Shown here piece after piece: positions 1-13,343 of a DNA stretch of 64,000 bases. The position numbers were made by a program, and so were the translations under genes. Numbering within the stretch: position 1 is the first letter of the stretch; the number at the start of each line of letters is the position of its first letter. This stretch comes from Octopus vulgaris (taxonomy: Eukaryota), in contig OX597816.1 in NCBI GenBank assembly GCA_951406725.2, positions 143,468,001 through 143,532,000 of the forward strand, written 5' to 3'. The notes under the pieces are model-generated. The model was not told where the DNA came from. It made no database searches and was given only the letters and a program-made list of their open reading frames with translations.

Positions 1-263
1 AGCAAACTTCGACAAGACAAGTCAATGGGCCGTTCGATCTAATGGAAATACTAGACAAAGCTCCATCAAACCACATCCTAATCTTAGAAAATAATACATT
101 AAATAATGTAGCCCGGAATACATTACGCGATGGTCATGGCTGGAAAGCTGTTGATCATACACGTCTGTTCGAGTAGGGCTGAACATCTAAGACAACTAAA
201 AACAAAATTTAATAAACAGAAAAAGCGGTCAGTGGTAATAAAGTTTCTCTGGCATAAGAAAGG

Positions 264-770
264 CTATTCAGTATTGCTTCTATGTAAATAGATACAAAGA
301 GTGGCTAATATATATTTTAGCGTCGTAAAATCTTCAGGGCTAATTTTCAAGAATTTTTCGGCCAGAACCTCAACATGTTTTCGATGACTTTCTGCTTCTC
401 CAAACAACCCTTGCGTCCCTTTTAATATCAAATTATTCTTGTATTTTAACTCAATGAGTTTATATATTTTTAAGTGAAAGTGCGAATTAACACCATTCAA
501 GATTTTCCCAAAAACATTGGCAACATAAGAAAAACAATACTTCTTTACCCATGTCGTCAAATCAGCTGGACGTTTTACAACGTGTCTGCTTAGAAGTATT
601 TCTTTTTTTGTTACTGATGCTTTTTTTTTTCTTAGAGTATTTTTTAAAGAGAAAAAGTACTCAGCCAAACGGTTGTAAATCAAAATAATTTTGAGAATGA
701 AATTACCTGCTTGGTGAATATATTTTACTGCGCTGAAATGGATTCGAGAATCTGTTTCACTTTCCGCCAT
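264..770 (-). CDS. Hypothetical 168-aa ORF or first coding exon of an unknown gene
   Basis: Non-repetitive ORF in AT-rich DNA. Start context is acaaaaATGGCG and a donor-like CAG|GTAATT follows about 21 codons in. No domain recognised. Confidence 0.25.
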   Translation of the reverse strand: MAESETDSRIHFSAVKYIHQAGNFILKIILIYNRLAEYFFSLKNTLRKKKASVTKKEILLSRHVVKRPADLTTWVKKYCFSYVANVFGKILNGVNSHFHLKIYKLIELKYKNNLILKGTQGLFGEAESHRKHVEVLAEKFLKISPEDFTTLKYILATLCIYLHRSNTE

Positions 771-1507
771 TTTTGTCGTTATTTTGAATAAATGTGTTAT
801 CTATAGTTTAGTAGAAAATCTAATGTATATCATTAGCTATAAATGATTTTTAGAAATGTAATAAAAATAGGAAATCAATAAATATTTAAATACAGTAAAG
901 TATTATATTATTTTGATTTGTCAAAACTTTACTTCTTAATTGTGCTCGTAACCTTCTGCAATTAAGAAATTATCTTTCTTTAAATTTAGATTTTTCTTTA
1001 AATTAAGTTTACATATGTTACTTATTTTCATATAAGTAAGATGTGGTTTATTTTGATGCTGCAGTAATTTAATAAAACAGAGTAGTTTTAGAATATTTGA
1101 TTATGCTAAAAAAACTTCTATTAAAAACAAATCTGAATTATTTTGGTACATTTGAAGGGAGGCAATTCCTATTTTATTTGAATGATTTCTCGTTGCAGAG
1201 TTATCGGAATTCCCAATTCTAACACGAAACGAAACAAAACAAAATCAAATCATTAGTGCATACATTTTAGATAAGAAGAAATGTAACGGAAGGAAATTAC
1301 TCAGTGACACCACCTGCATACTAACGATAGAGAAATAGTAATAATATTTTAATGCAGTGAACTTTAAAAAGTTAACTAGATATAGTTAGTATTGGTTTCT
1401 GTTTTTCGTCACAAGGCCATCAATTTCGGGTGGGGGTGAGGAAAGTCCATTACATCGATCCCAGTAATCAACTGGAGTTTATTTTATCGACCTCAAAAGG
1501 ATATCCA

Positions 1508-1806
<299 letters not shown>

Positions 1807-2648
1807 TATTCTTATATAAGAATAATAAGTTTGTACTTTACTAAAGTATTGAGTAACCCATCAGATTAATGTAAAATTGTTTTTAATCATAACTGAACAT
1901 AAAAAAAGCATTAATCCATGTATCTATCTATTTATCTATCTGTCTGTCTATCTGCATAAACAAGCAGTCAACAAGTATCAAGTCAGTTTACTGTATATTT
2001 ATACTTATATAACACACTGAAGGAAAATGCCAAAAAAAAAAAAATCTACATAGCAGGAAGCCAGGAACTGTCAAGAATTGTGAAAAGTTTGTAATTGTTC
2101 AGGCTAAAGTAGAAAAGAATTCCATAGAGTTGACGAAACATAGTTTAGTGAGTAGATCAATGATAGAAAAAAGGCATACAGGTAATCCTTTACAGCTGTT
2201 TCTAGAATGTTTGCTTAATTGAAATATATCTCTGCATTTTGACTCCACCGCTGACTTTCACTAGCAACCTGTTCTATTGTCAAAAGGATGATGGTTAGGG
2301 TTACAGTGGTAGAATGAAAGAATAAAAATCAGGGAGATAAATTAAGCATCTAATCCTAAAGAGGAAGATACATAGATGAAACGTACTCATGTAAGTAGAG
2401 TGAGATGATGACCGGAAAGGTGAAGTGGGTAAATAGGGGTGGGGATTTAGTTCAGCCTAACTGTTAGGAAGCAATAAGAATTGGGAATATAAAGGTGTTG
2501 GGAGAATGATGATAATCAGAATTGATAAACATGTCTCATAAAATTGCTATTTTTGTTTGATGAGTGTTGATGAATAGTCAGTACATGGTTAAGAGAAGAG
2601 CTGGTTTAGCAGAGAGCCTAGCATGATACTGTATATATATATATACAT

Positions 2649-2708
<60 letters not shown>

Positions 2709-2949
2709 CATATATATATCTTATCTAGTAAAGACATCTGGGATATATCAAATTAATGAAAACTAGTGAAAATTGTATTTCTTCCTCTTAGATGTGCACG
2801 CACGGTGTTTGTTAGTAGTATTATTTCTAGTGTGATGCAAGTGAATTTTATTGTTTATTGAGTTTCTCCCACTGTTTTTTCTTTTTGGTACTGTCGATGC
2901 TTATGAGTTGAGCCTTAGAAGCTAGATTACTGTTCTTTGAGACTTTAGT

Positions 2950-3280
2950 ATTCAAACTGATTGTGCTATGCAGGCCAATAGACCAGGTATTTTGGTTACA
3001 AATCAGGCTGATAAAACATGTCTGCTCCTGGATATGTCAATTTTATAAAAATATTTGAAACATTAAGTAAATACAAAAACTCCGAGACAGGAGTCTTAAA
3101 AAATGTGGCATCAAAGAATAACGACTGTACCTGTGATCATTGGAGCTTTGGCAACAATACTAAATGGCACTCTAAAACAATATGACTAAATGCTAGGAAA
3201 CTCTAAAGTATTGGAACCACAAAAAATCGTTCTCATGGGTACTGCCCACATCCTAATTAAAAAAAAATTGTCAACTTGAA
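2950..3280 (+). mobile_element. Degraded 3' end of an RLE-type (R4-like) non-LTR retrotransposon
   Basis: Frameshifted translation gives QANRPxILV...TCLLLDMSI...SKYK...TTVPVIIGAL, matching the restriction-like endonuclease motifs. Confidence 0.75.
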
Positions 3281-3979
3281 AATAGTTGATTCCTTTAAAA
3301 CTGAAATATAAATTTAGATTCTGGTCTCCTTCCTATACAATACATCATTGCTAATCATAAATAACATTTATAGTGAAATGTCCAGCCTGCTGTTAGTTGA
3401 GATCTATGGGTGAGACTTGGAATGGATCATATAAAGCAAAGTAGCTATAACATGTCATTTCACTTCTCAGAGCTCTTGATTTCACTTGCTCTGGCTCATT
3501 CTGTAAGAGTAGTCAATATCCTGTTGTTAAGGGTCTCACAGGGTTTTCTGCCATGATACTTACTCAAGTACCAATCTCAAAATCCCCACTGTCCTCAATA
3601 AAGCAGAGAATGTTCTACCCTCATGTCAATCCCAATTTCCCCAACGAATTTCTCAAACCTGGTTGTTAATGCTCCCACTGCCCCTACAACTACTGACAAT
3701 TATTTTCTTCTTTGCTTGCATTCGTGCAGTTTCATCGTTTAGAAGTTTGTACTTATCAATCTTTTTCAGTTCATTATCATCCACTCATACATCTCTAGGT
3801 TTGGTAAATTGTTTATCAATTCTGATTATCCTCCTCCCCAATACCTTTATATTCCCAATTACTTCTTACTGTTTCCTGACAGTTAGGCTGAACTAAATCC
3901 CCACTCCTATTTACCTACTTCACCTTTCCGATCATCAGCTCACTCTAATTGCATGAGTACGTTTCATCTATATATCTTA

Positions 3980-4920
3980 GTTTTCTTCATCATTTTATCA
4001 ACTACAACAATGTCTGGTCTCCGAGCATCAGTCACTTAATCACATTGAATTGTAAAATCCCCAAAGAACTTATACACATTATTCTTGGTGAAACCTTCTG
4101 GTTAATGTTCGTAATGTTAATGTTCTGACACAATCTCCAATGAACATCCTTAGCTATGTTATCATGTCTTCTTTTGTATTACTTTTGAGCCATTTTGCTA
4201 CATTCACTCACAATTAAGATTGTGTCCTTTCTGATGTCATACATCCTACAAAGGAGTGATTCAATACATATATCTATTTTGATCTTAGTGTAATTAGTTC
4301 TCAAAGCTTGCTCCTGAGTGCTGCATAATGATTGCCCAGAGCATCATTTCATGTAATTTTTCCTTAGCCACTTCTGAGTGTTGGTCTTGTCTTTCCATCC
4401 CATTTCTCTGAGGTATTGTGAATGCATCACTTTCACTTTCCAGTTCATTCTTTGCTCTCCCTTTTGTATCTTAAATTATTTTGAGTATGTCACATTTTTG
4501 CTTGGTATTGTGTTACCATTTCTAACAGCAACAACCAAAGGTTCAATCTGCTGTATGACATGCCATCCCAGATTATTTTCCTTGTTGGGAAATCAGATCT
4601 TACATCTTATGAGACCTCTTCCTCTCTTGCTTCTTGACATGCGATCTTAGATGTCAAGAACCTTCTTAAGTATCCTAGTTGTCCCTAATAATACTGTTTT
4701 CTGGAGCTGCACATAATTATGTTATATGTTTACTTCCTCTATTCATCAATTCAAATCTTTAATGATAGTTACTAATGTGCCTATAACTACAGGAAACATT
4801 TTACCCACACTTTCTATAGTCTCTGTAACTTAGTAGGTCCAGCTTCTTTGCTATTTTCTCTATACCTCTCATATTGACTTGCTCATCATTTAGGACTGTA
4901 AAGTCAATTACCCGGTACTT
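3980..4920 (-). mobile_element. Degraded, rearranged R4-like RLE LINE fragments
   Basis: Minus strand yields VSECSKMAQK..KRRHDNIAK, a WDFTIQCD-like segment followed by RRPDIV, VIDFTV and PVVIGTL remnants. Confidence 0.75.
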
Positions 4921-4930
4921 TATATTCTCT

Positions 4931-5140
4931 AAGGTGGTGAGCTGGCAGAACCATTAGCATGCTGGGTCAAATGCTTAGTGGCATTTCACCCATTTTTACA
5001 CTCTGAGTTCAAATTCTGCTGAGGTCAACTTTACCTTTCATCCTCTTGGGATTGTTAAAATAAGTCTCAGTTGATCACTAGAGTCAATGTAATCGACTTA
5101 GTCCCTCTCCCAAACTTGTTGGCCTTGAGCTAAAATTTAG
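4931..5140 (+). mobile_element. tRNA-derived SINE with Deu/Nin-like central domain (family A)
   Basis: AAGGTGGTGAGCTGGCAGAA head, GAGTTCAAATTC B-box and CCTTTCATCC core; many copies in the window. Confidence 0.8.
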
Positions 5141-5159
5141 CTAGCAAGTATTTTATCTT

Positions 5160-5410
5160 GGCATTTGGTGACAACAAGTCTACTCAAATCTCAAGACTCT
5201 TTTTCGGGATTCTTGCAGAATATAGAATGGTACTTTTCTACAGGTTGACAATTTGAGTTCCAATTCCAATTTCTTCCAGTCATTTAGGTAGTATTTTAGG
5301 TGTTGTGCCAAGTGCACCAATTACTACAGGAATAATTTACTGTCTTCATCTTCTACAGTTTCCCCAGCTCTCTGGTTAGATCCTGATATTTCTCAATTTT
5401 TTCAATTTCT
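5160..5410 (-). mobile_element. R4-like RLE LINE 3' fragment
   Basis: Minus strand encodes EKYQDL and PVVIGALGTTPK motifs. Confidence 0.65.
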
Positions 5411-5462
5411 AATGAAAGCTAGTAGCTCAGATTCAAATTTGTCAAGCAAATATCAACACAAA

Positions 5463-5649
5463 ACACACACACACACACACACACACACGTGTGTGTGTAT
5501 GTATGTATGTATGTATGTGTGTATGTATGTATGTATGCATGTATGTATGAATGTATGCATGTACACATGTATGTATGTATGTATGTATGTATGTATGTAT
5601 GTATGTATGTATGTATGTATGTATGTATGTATGTATGTATGTGTGTGTG

Positions 5650-5681
<32 letters not shown>

Positions 5682-5765
5682 TGTATGTATGTATGTATGT
5701 ATGTATGTATGTGTGTATGCATGCATGTACATATGTTTGTATGTATGTATGTATGTATGTATGTA
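5463..5765. repeat. (AC)n/(TATG)n microsatellite
   Basis: Directly visible. Confidence 0.97.
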
Positions 5766-6113
5766 TACGTTTTTACAACGAACAGGAGAAAAAGTACTGA
5801 ATACATGGTGTAGAGTCTAATTATAAAGTATTACTACAGATGATCGCCCATTAGTTTTAGTTTGAATGTTCTTGTGCTGGCTCTAGGTGCAATCACTCTG
5901 CAATTTAAAATTCCCCAGCATAGAAGTACGCTTGAAAGTTTGAAGTTTGTATTTCTTTGTATATAAAAGCAAGAATAAAACATTTATGTTTTCATAACAA
6001 TACTCAGAATAAAACTTTTATGTTTTCATAACAATACTCAGTTTGAAATCATACGTCAAGTTACATTACATAGCTTACTAAGAAAACAGACACGAAGAGC
6101 AAGCTATAAATAA

Positions 6114-6778
6114 TCCGCTCTACTATAGGCACAAGGCCTGAAATTTGCGGGAGGGAGTAAGTCGATTACATCGACCCCAGTGCTCGACTGGTACTTATGT
6201 TACCCACCCCGAAAGGATGAAAGGTAAAGTCGACCCTAGCGGCACTTGAACTCAGAAGAGAAGACAAACAAAATACCGCTAAGCATTTTGTCCGGCGTGC
6301 TAACGATTCTGCCAGCTCGCCGCCTTAAACAAGTTATTAATAATCTTTTCTACTAAAGGCACCAAGGTCTGAAATTTTTGGGGAGGGGACTGGACAATTA
6401 CATCGACCCCAGTACGCAACTGGTACTTAATTTATTGACCCTGAAAGGATGAAAGACAAAGTCGACCCCGGCGGAATTTGAACTCAGAACGTAGTGACAG
6501 ACGAAATACCGCTAAGCATTTTGCCTGGCGTACCAACGATTCTGTCAGCTATTTTCTACTCTAGGCACAAGGCCTGATACTTTTTGGTGAGGGAATCAGT
6601 CGATTAGATCGACCCCAGTACGCAACTGGTACTTAATTTATCGACCCCGAAAGGATGAAAGGCCGAAAGGATGAAAGTCGACCTCGGCGGAAATTGAACT
6701 CAGAACGTAACGGCAGACGAAATATGCTCGGCATTTCGCCCGAAATGCTAACGATTCTGCCAGCTCGCCGCCTTAAAC
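6114..6778 (-). mobile_element. Head-to-tail array of three family A SINE copies
   Basis: Three repeats of the unit CACAAGGCCTGA...CGACCCCAGT...GAAAGGATGAAAG...GAACTCAGAA...CTGCCAGCTCGCCGCCTT, with per-copy variation. Confidence 0.9.
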
Positions 6779-7439
6779 TAGCTATTAATAATACTTATAC
6801 TATATGTTAATTTTTAATAGTAAGTCATGTACAAGTTATCTCCCTTGAAAGAAAGCGTCTTGAAAAATTTTCATTTGTGAATTATCCCCCTTCGCATATG
6901 ACAAGCAGGTTGTGACGCCATATTGGATTAGAACTTTCCTATGATATTTGATAATATATTCCTACAAGGTACTAAACACACGCACGCACGCACACATAGT
7001 GGTAGGAAACTCTCAAGAGAGCTGAACAGTAGGCCTTCCGTGAAGTAACTCTCCTCGGGCGAATCTTTCGGCTCTTAACTTCTTACACAGAGAGTCGGGC
7101 CTCATCTAAGCCATGACTCCTGGTTGCTCTTCTTTTAGCCATTCGGATCTCGAAGACTTATACATTTAAGCCGCTTGGAAATTTCATATAGTTGTAACTC
7201 TTCTCCGTTGATTCAGTTTTCAAATTTATATTTAAAGATAATCACACTCATACTAAAACGTATATTAAGTGGCTTCATTGTCTTAAGCTAAAATGTGAAC
7301 ACGAAGGGCCTACCTACCTACCTACCTGCCTGCCAGCCTGCTTGCCTGCCCGCCTGTCTATCTGCCTGCCTGTTTGCTTGTCTATGTATGTATGCGTGCG
7401 TGTGTATGTATGTGTCTCTTCTAATTTTTAATTATTATA

Positions 7440-9385
7440 AATCTTCCACTGAGAAGGGAGCCGATTTTTAACAGAGATACAAGGTTCCATCTTTGGAATG
7501 TAGTTAACACAGACAAATTCACATTTGGAACTTGAGAAAAGATTTGTATATTTTTACTGTTCCACTCGCAGATTGCACTTGTAATGTACGAATTAGCCGG
7601 TCGATTTCTCTTTCTGGAAATCCCAGTTTATCCAGATTTTCATTTAAGCATTTACTAACAAAACCTAGTGCGCCAATTATTATTGGTGTGAATATGAATA
7701 CATAGTCTGGATATAGAAGCTGGAGGTTTCGAAGCAGTTGTCCATAGGTGTCCTCTTTTTCTTTGATTTTCAAAGAGATATTTATATCTGCAGGGCAGCT
7801 GAACTCTGTGATGGTACATATCTTTGCTCCTCTCTCCCAAACAACAATATCCGACCTGTTATGTTCACATTTGACAGATGTTTTGATGGGAATATTCCAC
7901 CAGTATTCCTTGAGTTGGGGTTTATGAATGTATTCCATATCAGAGGGATTGTCTGAGTTTATTTCAGGACAGTCTTTTTTGCAGATGGCATTGTAAATTG
8001 TTTTAGCAACAATATCGTGCCGCATAGGGAGATAGTACCATAACGACATTTTAGGACAGCTGCTAATCACATGCAAAATGTCTTTCATAGCTTATACATG
8101 CGGTTGCACTGTCTCTCGAATTCACCAGGTACTTTGTGGCAATCTCATGTTCCTGGATCGCAAACGCATAGCCCTCAAAGTATGATGTGATGTAGTGGTC
8201 TTGTGTCCAAGAGAGGCTGCGCTTCGTGTCAATTCTACTGTCTTCTTAAAGCTTCTGGGCAACGTACACATGCTTTTTTGTATGTTGAGTGCTTTCTATC
8301 TAGGACTTTGGGGGTAAGAGAGCCCAACTGTTTTGGGGGCTAATTAGGAGATCATCAAGAAGAGAGTGCTTCCCGAGGAGCTCACTGCCAAGCTGCCAAC
8401 TCGTACAATGTTGCCCACTTCACTTTTCAGCACTCCATTTATATATTTATTTTTGCTGTTGTTGTTTAGCAGGTGCTGCCTGGATGATACCATACGGCAT
8501 TCAAAGACCGTCTGCACTAATCTCAGGCCTCTACCACCTTTATTTCTTCTTAGGTAGAGCCTGTGAACATCACTGTTTCTGTGGAAGTTCCCAGTTGTTG
8601 TCAAGATTTTGCGGGTTTTGATATCTATGGAGTGGATTTCCTCTACAGAACAATCAAGTATCCCAAATGTTAGGATCAGCACTGGTGCTACAAATGCATT
8701 GTGGGATATTGTTTTGTTGTAAGAGGAGCGTGCCGACTGTCATATTTTCCTAAGTCTGGTGTAATATTCTCGGGTCACTCTATCTGTAGCCACAGTGTCT
8801 TCATATGATATATTTTTGCCTATGCTTAGGTACTTGTAACATTCTTTGCGTGGAACGGGAGAGATAGAGAGACCGTTGATGCCCAGTGGTCAAATTCCAT
8901 GCCTATATCAATTGAAAATGTTATTAATTCCAGTAGTTTTTTCGGCATTCTTAATACTTTTAGTATAAATCTTCAGGTCGTCTACTAAGAAATTATGAGT
9001 TACATTGATATTTCTAGCCGTTGAAGATCCTAGTATGTAACCATTTGTTTTCTGCAGTAGGAACGATAGTGGATTCAGTGCCAAAATAAAAAGAAGTACA
9101 GAAAGATTATCTCCCTGGAATATTTCCTTTGAAATGCCTATGCTATCAGAAACAATTATTGTCCATGTCTTTGTGAATCTCTCTATAGCAGCAATTAAAG
9201 TAGTAGGTACTTTTACTTGATGTAGGCACTTCAACAGCCATGATAGAGTCGAATGCCTTCTTATAGTCAAACCATACTTTCTCATGGTTTCTACGTTGTT
9301 TTCTTACTTCAGAGTCAAAAATGACATCTATATCATACATTAAATTTTTTTTAAAGATTTCGACCTGTAATGACGATAAGCACAA
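7440..9385 (-). pseudogene. R4/Dong-like RLE non-LTR retrotransposon, RT to RLE region, disrupted
   Basis: RT motifs (DYKKAFDS, IFQGDNLS, FLVDDLKIY), then LYLRRNKGGRGL, zinc-knuckle HVISSCP, RHD, and endonuclease HNRSDIV...EFSCP...PIIIGALG. Several frameshifts and stops. Confidence 0.93.
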
Positions 9386-9396
9386 AAATCCTCAAT

Positions 9397-9463
<67 letters not shown>

Positions 9464-9602
9464 GTGAAGGGAAGAAATGGAGCTGAACGAAGATTCTACA
9501 GAATTCCTTTTATTATTTTCTACACATGTTTCAAAGGCCGCAAATTTCCAAATTCGGACTGAATTTGAATAATCCTTAACAAGATACTTCATTTATCCAT
9601 TT

Positions 9603-9693
<91 letters not shown>

Positions 9694-9809
9694 TGTATGT
9701 ATGTATGTATGTATGTATGTATGTATGTATGTATGTATGTATGTATGTATGTGTGTGTATATATGTGTGTATGTGTGTATATATATGTGTGTGTGTATAT
9801 GTATGTAAC

Positions 9810-9836
<27 letters not shown>

Positions 9837-9841
<5 letters not shown>

Positions 9842-10300
9842 ACTATTAAAACTCTGTGATAGATTGCTTGCTTGCTTGCTTGCGTGCTTGCTTGCTTGCT
9901 TGCGTGCTTGCTTGCTTGCTTGCGTGCTTGCTTGCGTGTAATAAAGCCAAACCGGCGCATAATGGGAAAATACTCTGAAAGTAAGGTAACCCTGAAATGT
10001 GAATACAAACGGATTAAAACAAATTTTGCGTAAATCGGACCGTGGATTCCCGAAATACGAGGTTTTTGGGCGCATATTGGGATAATACTCCGAAAGTAAC
10101 ATAACCCAGAAATGGGAATATATAATACTGTGAAAATTGTTTCTATTAATTTTATGTTTACGTTGTATAACAATTCCATTTGCATTTTTGAAGAAGTGTG
10201 CACATATGCCATAAACAACTGCTTTTACTGGAGTTCAAGTTTATCTCGGAAGTTCTGTTTCAATTAGATTCTGTAAATAATCAATAAAATCTTAAACACG
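9837..10300 (+). mobile_element. Probable non-autonomous Helitron-like element, 5' part, with internal (TGCT)n
   Basis: A|TCTATACTATTAAAA terminus followed by an internal microsatellite. The 3' end was not located, so the right boundary is arbitrary. Confidence 0.35.
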
Positions 10301-10388
10301 ATGACACGAACGAATTGAGATATTTAACTGAATCATCATAAAATAAAATTTCATCTGTAGTGGCACAGGATCTTCAGGCAAGTTAAGA

Positions 10389-10436
10389 CTTGCCTGAAGA
10401 TTCTGTGCACCAGTAAGTGAAACTCAGAACAGCAAG
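10389..10436 (+). ncRNA. Degenerate type I hammerhead motif in a Penelope-like repeat
   Basis: CTTGC-CTGAAGA...GAAACTCAGA...GCAAG. Stem I is intact; stems II and III are decayed. Confidence 0.4.
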
Positions 10437-11399
10437 CGACTGAACGCAGCGTAAGAAGCAGCAGAATTAATCTGAAATTTCTTCACCAGTCACCACACAT
10501 TGTTGTTAAGTGTTCACTACAAATAATGGTAACTATTTAATTATGGATTGTTCTTATTTGCCTATGTATAGTAGGGTATTTCTTTAATAGTGATGGTTTA
10601 TATTACGTATTTTTCTGCTCTGCCTAGTGACGTGGGCTTAGCCCAGAACCTCTGTTTAGGCTACAATTACATCCATTGAGGCTAGTAGGCGTCAAGGTTA
10701 ATCTTCATATCAAGAGATTGAATTATTTGTTCGTTTTTCTTTTTATTAAATATTATAGTGCCCTATTGCTATCACTTATCTTTAACATATTCTCGGTATC
10801 TTATAAATTGTACCAATTTTATAGTTTCCAATTAAAGTTTCAATTTAAATGAACTACAACTAAAATAACAGAAGTCTCTACTTAATCAAACTGACTAGAT
10901 TGTGTAAATTATTCATTTTCACACCATGTTGATTCGTTCAAATTATAATAATTCATTTTACATTAATATATAATACACACTCGTGTATTATAGTAATTTA
11001 TTTTACATTAACATATAATACACACTCGTGTATATGCTCCAACTCTTGTCAGCTCACTGATTGAAATTCAAATATTTTACATGGGTCTTAGTGTTGTACT
11101 AAGGGAGCGTGGATAAAATGGCAGACTTGTTCTGATGGGTGAGCTGAATGCTAGACCCGGGCATAATTTTGAAACCCGGACTTGTATAGGTTGTCACAGA
11201 ATCGGAAATTGTAATAACAATGATTCCCTTCTACTACAAATGTATCAAATGACCTAATGATAACTAATACTCGATTCTGGAAAAAATGCAATTAACAAGA
11301 CTGTCTGGAAGTAACACATGTTACTAGTCACTAACACATGATTTTGTTAATGTAACTGGATCAAAACCTGTTAAGGTTAAAAGAAACTATTCGAATCAA

Positions 11400-12600
11400 T
11401 TCTTCAATTGTAGATGCTTGAGGCCTTTCGATTTGTCAAGTGCCAAATACCATAATCAAGACCATAAATAACATGGCCTTCTCCTGGATCACCACCTTGA
11501 AGCTAAATACAGGGAGAGATGGTATCGTTACTGACAAAATACAGTATGGTAGACGTATAGTAATCCCTCGACTATCGCGGGTGCTACGTTCCAAAACACC
11601 CCGCGATAGGTGGAAATCCGCGAAGTAGAAACAGTACTGTACTGCACATTTTAAAAAATTATTTATATAATTATTTTATTAAAAATGCAAAACAACACCA
11701 CAGAGGAATCGACGTAAGCTTAAATAATAAACCGCGATAAGTGAACCGTAACATGGCGAGGGATTACTGTATACTTTAAGTGAGACAGCCTTTCAAAGAT
11801 GCAGTGTATACTCTCAGTAAGCCCTCTGTTGAGGAAATTTGAAAGGTACGCAATTGGCTCACATGAGAGCAGAAACACCAATCAAACAGAGTCTTTGTGA
11901 ACAACTTTAAAGTGTGTGTCAAGAATATGACTGATATGAAGACGAGCTTTGATCTGGTTACAGTATTATCAAATGATGAAGAGATTGATTTTGGCCAGCC
12001 TAAATGTTCTTACCTTGCTGCAAAATGAGAGAAAACTAAAAGTAATTTTAATAACATACCTATCAATGGCCTAAATATAGCTTTGGTATCTGATAAAGAA
12101 TGTTACAAGCACTTGGGTATTGGCTGAAGTTATATACAATGACGGAACTTGGAGTGCGTAACGTGGCACTGCAACATTCGATACACTCTAACATCAAGTC
12201 AAGTAGTCTTTGAATTTCATATCTCTTCGACATATTTACTAACCACCAAACGTCGAAGCGCACACAAAGATTAATAATGAATATTCGATGTAAATAACAT
12301 CATAGAGTTGGAAAGGAGCTCATTGGAAAGTGTTAACTGACTGATGACCAAGATTGCACATTGAGTGACGTTGTATAGTTTAGAAAGATTCTTTGTAACT
12401 GGAACATAAATACACATAATGGTATATCATGGTCAAACAACTAGTATAGTTTCCACTTCTTCAATCTTGGAACAAGAAATAATAACGAAACATCTAATGC
12501 AAAAAGTACATAGAAATAAGGTCAAACATTTAGGTGTGTTAACTGATGATGGGTCTGAAATCAACACTAAAAATGCCACCACAATACTATTTCCCTATGA
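11400..12600 (+). mobile_element. Highly degraded RLE-LINE reverse transcriptase region interrupted by a MITE
   Basis: PNTIIKTI...WITTLKL...IQYGR precedes the MITE and a GDSLS-like segment (GAGACAGCCTTTC) follows it. Confidence 0.55.
11558..11769. mobile_element. Tigger/pogo-type MITE
   Basis: Terminal inverted repeats (T/C)AGTAATCCCTCG ... CGAGGGATTACTG with TA on both sides; 212 bp. Confidence 0.9.
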
Positions 12601-12661
12601 GACATGATGTCGGGCATAAAACATTATTTAATATAATTAGTTGAAACCGTAGTCTTATACA

Positions 12662-12725
<64 letters not shown>

Positions 12726-13343
12726 CACTCTCATGATGGGGCTCTTTTGTAGATTTCGACGCATGAGGAGCCAACTAGTCATTTAAGTACGTTGTGTTTG
12801 TGTGTATATCAAACCAGTTTTAGATTTACGAACAAAATCTTAATGCAAAAGGCTGAAGTCGTATTTTCGTTTTTCCCACTTCATTGTTAGATTATCTTAT
12901 CTTGAGGACTCAAAGTCTTTTATATCACTGTAGCATAGTTTCTTCCATAATTTGCGATCTCGTCCCATTTTCTCAAAGTACGATATGAGTACATTTGAAA
13001 TTGATAAATTCGATATCAACTTATCTCCGTATCACAATATCTCGGGCACCATCATAGAGCCTGTATAGGAATAATTATGGGGATCGATATGGTCACTTAA
13101 ACCCTTCAAAGCGATATCCCAGTAGGATTGCAGTTTAACGAGTGAAATCAGCTAAATAATAAACCAATTAATAGCACTATTAATTGCGTAGGATATATAT
13201 TCTTAAATTACATAAAATTATTTAAAATGAATTGTATTTTAATATAAATGAAATGGCTATGGTAATGGTTACTTTTCTCTATACTGGATTTAATAATTTC
13301 TGGATGAAGAAAAAAGGGGCATAATTTGGAGAATTTATATGGA

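Noticed and set aside
6114-6778. Regularly spaced repeats superficially like a CRISPR array
   Set aside because: The units are about 200-bp diverged SINE copies in eukaryotic DNA, with no unique spacers and no cas genes.
10955-11031. Short local tandem duplications (also 5978-6041)
   Set aside because: Ordinary slippage duplications with no further structure.
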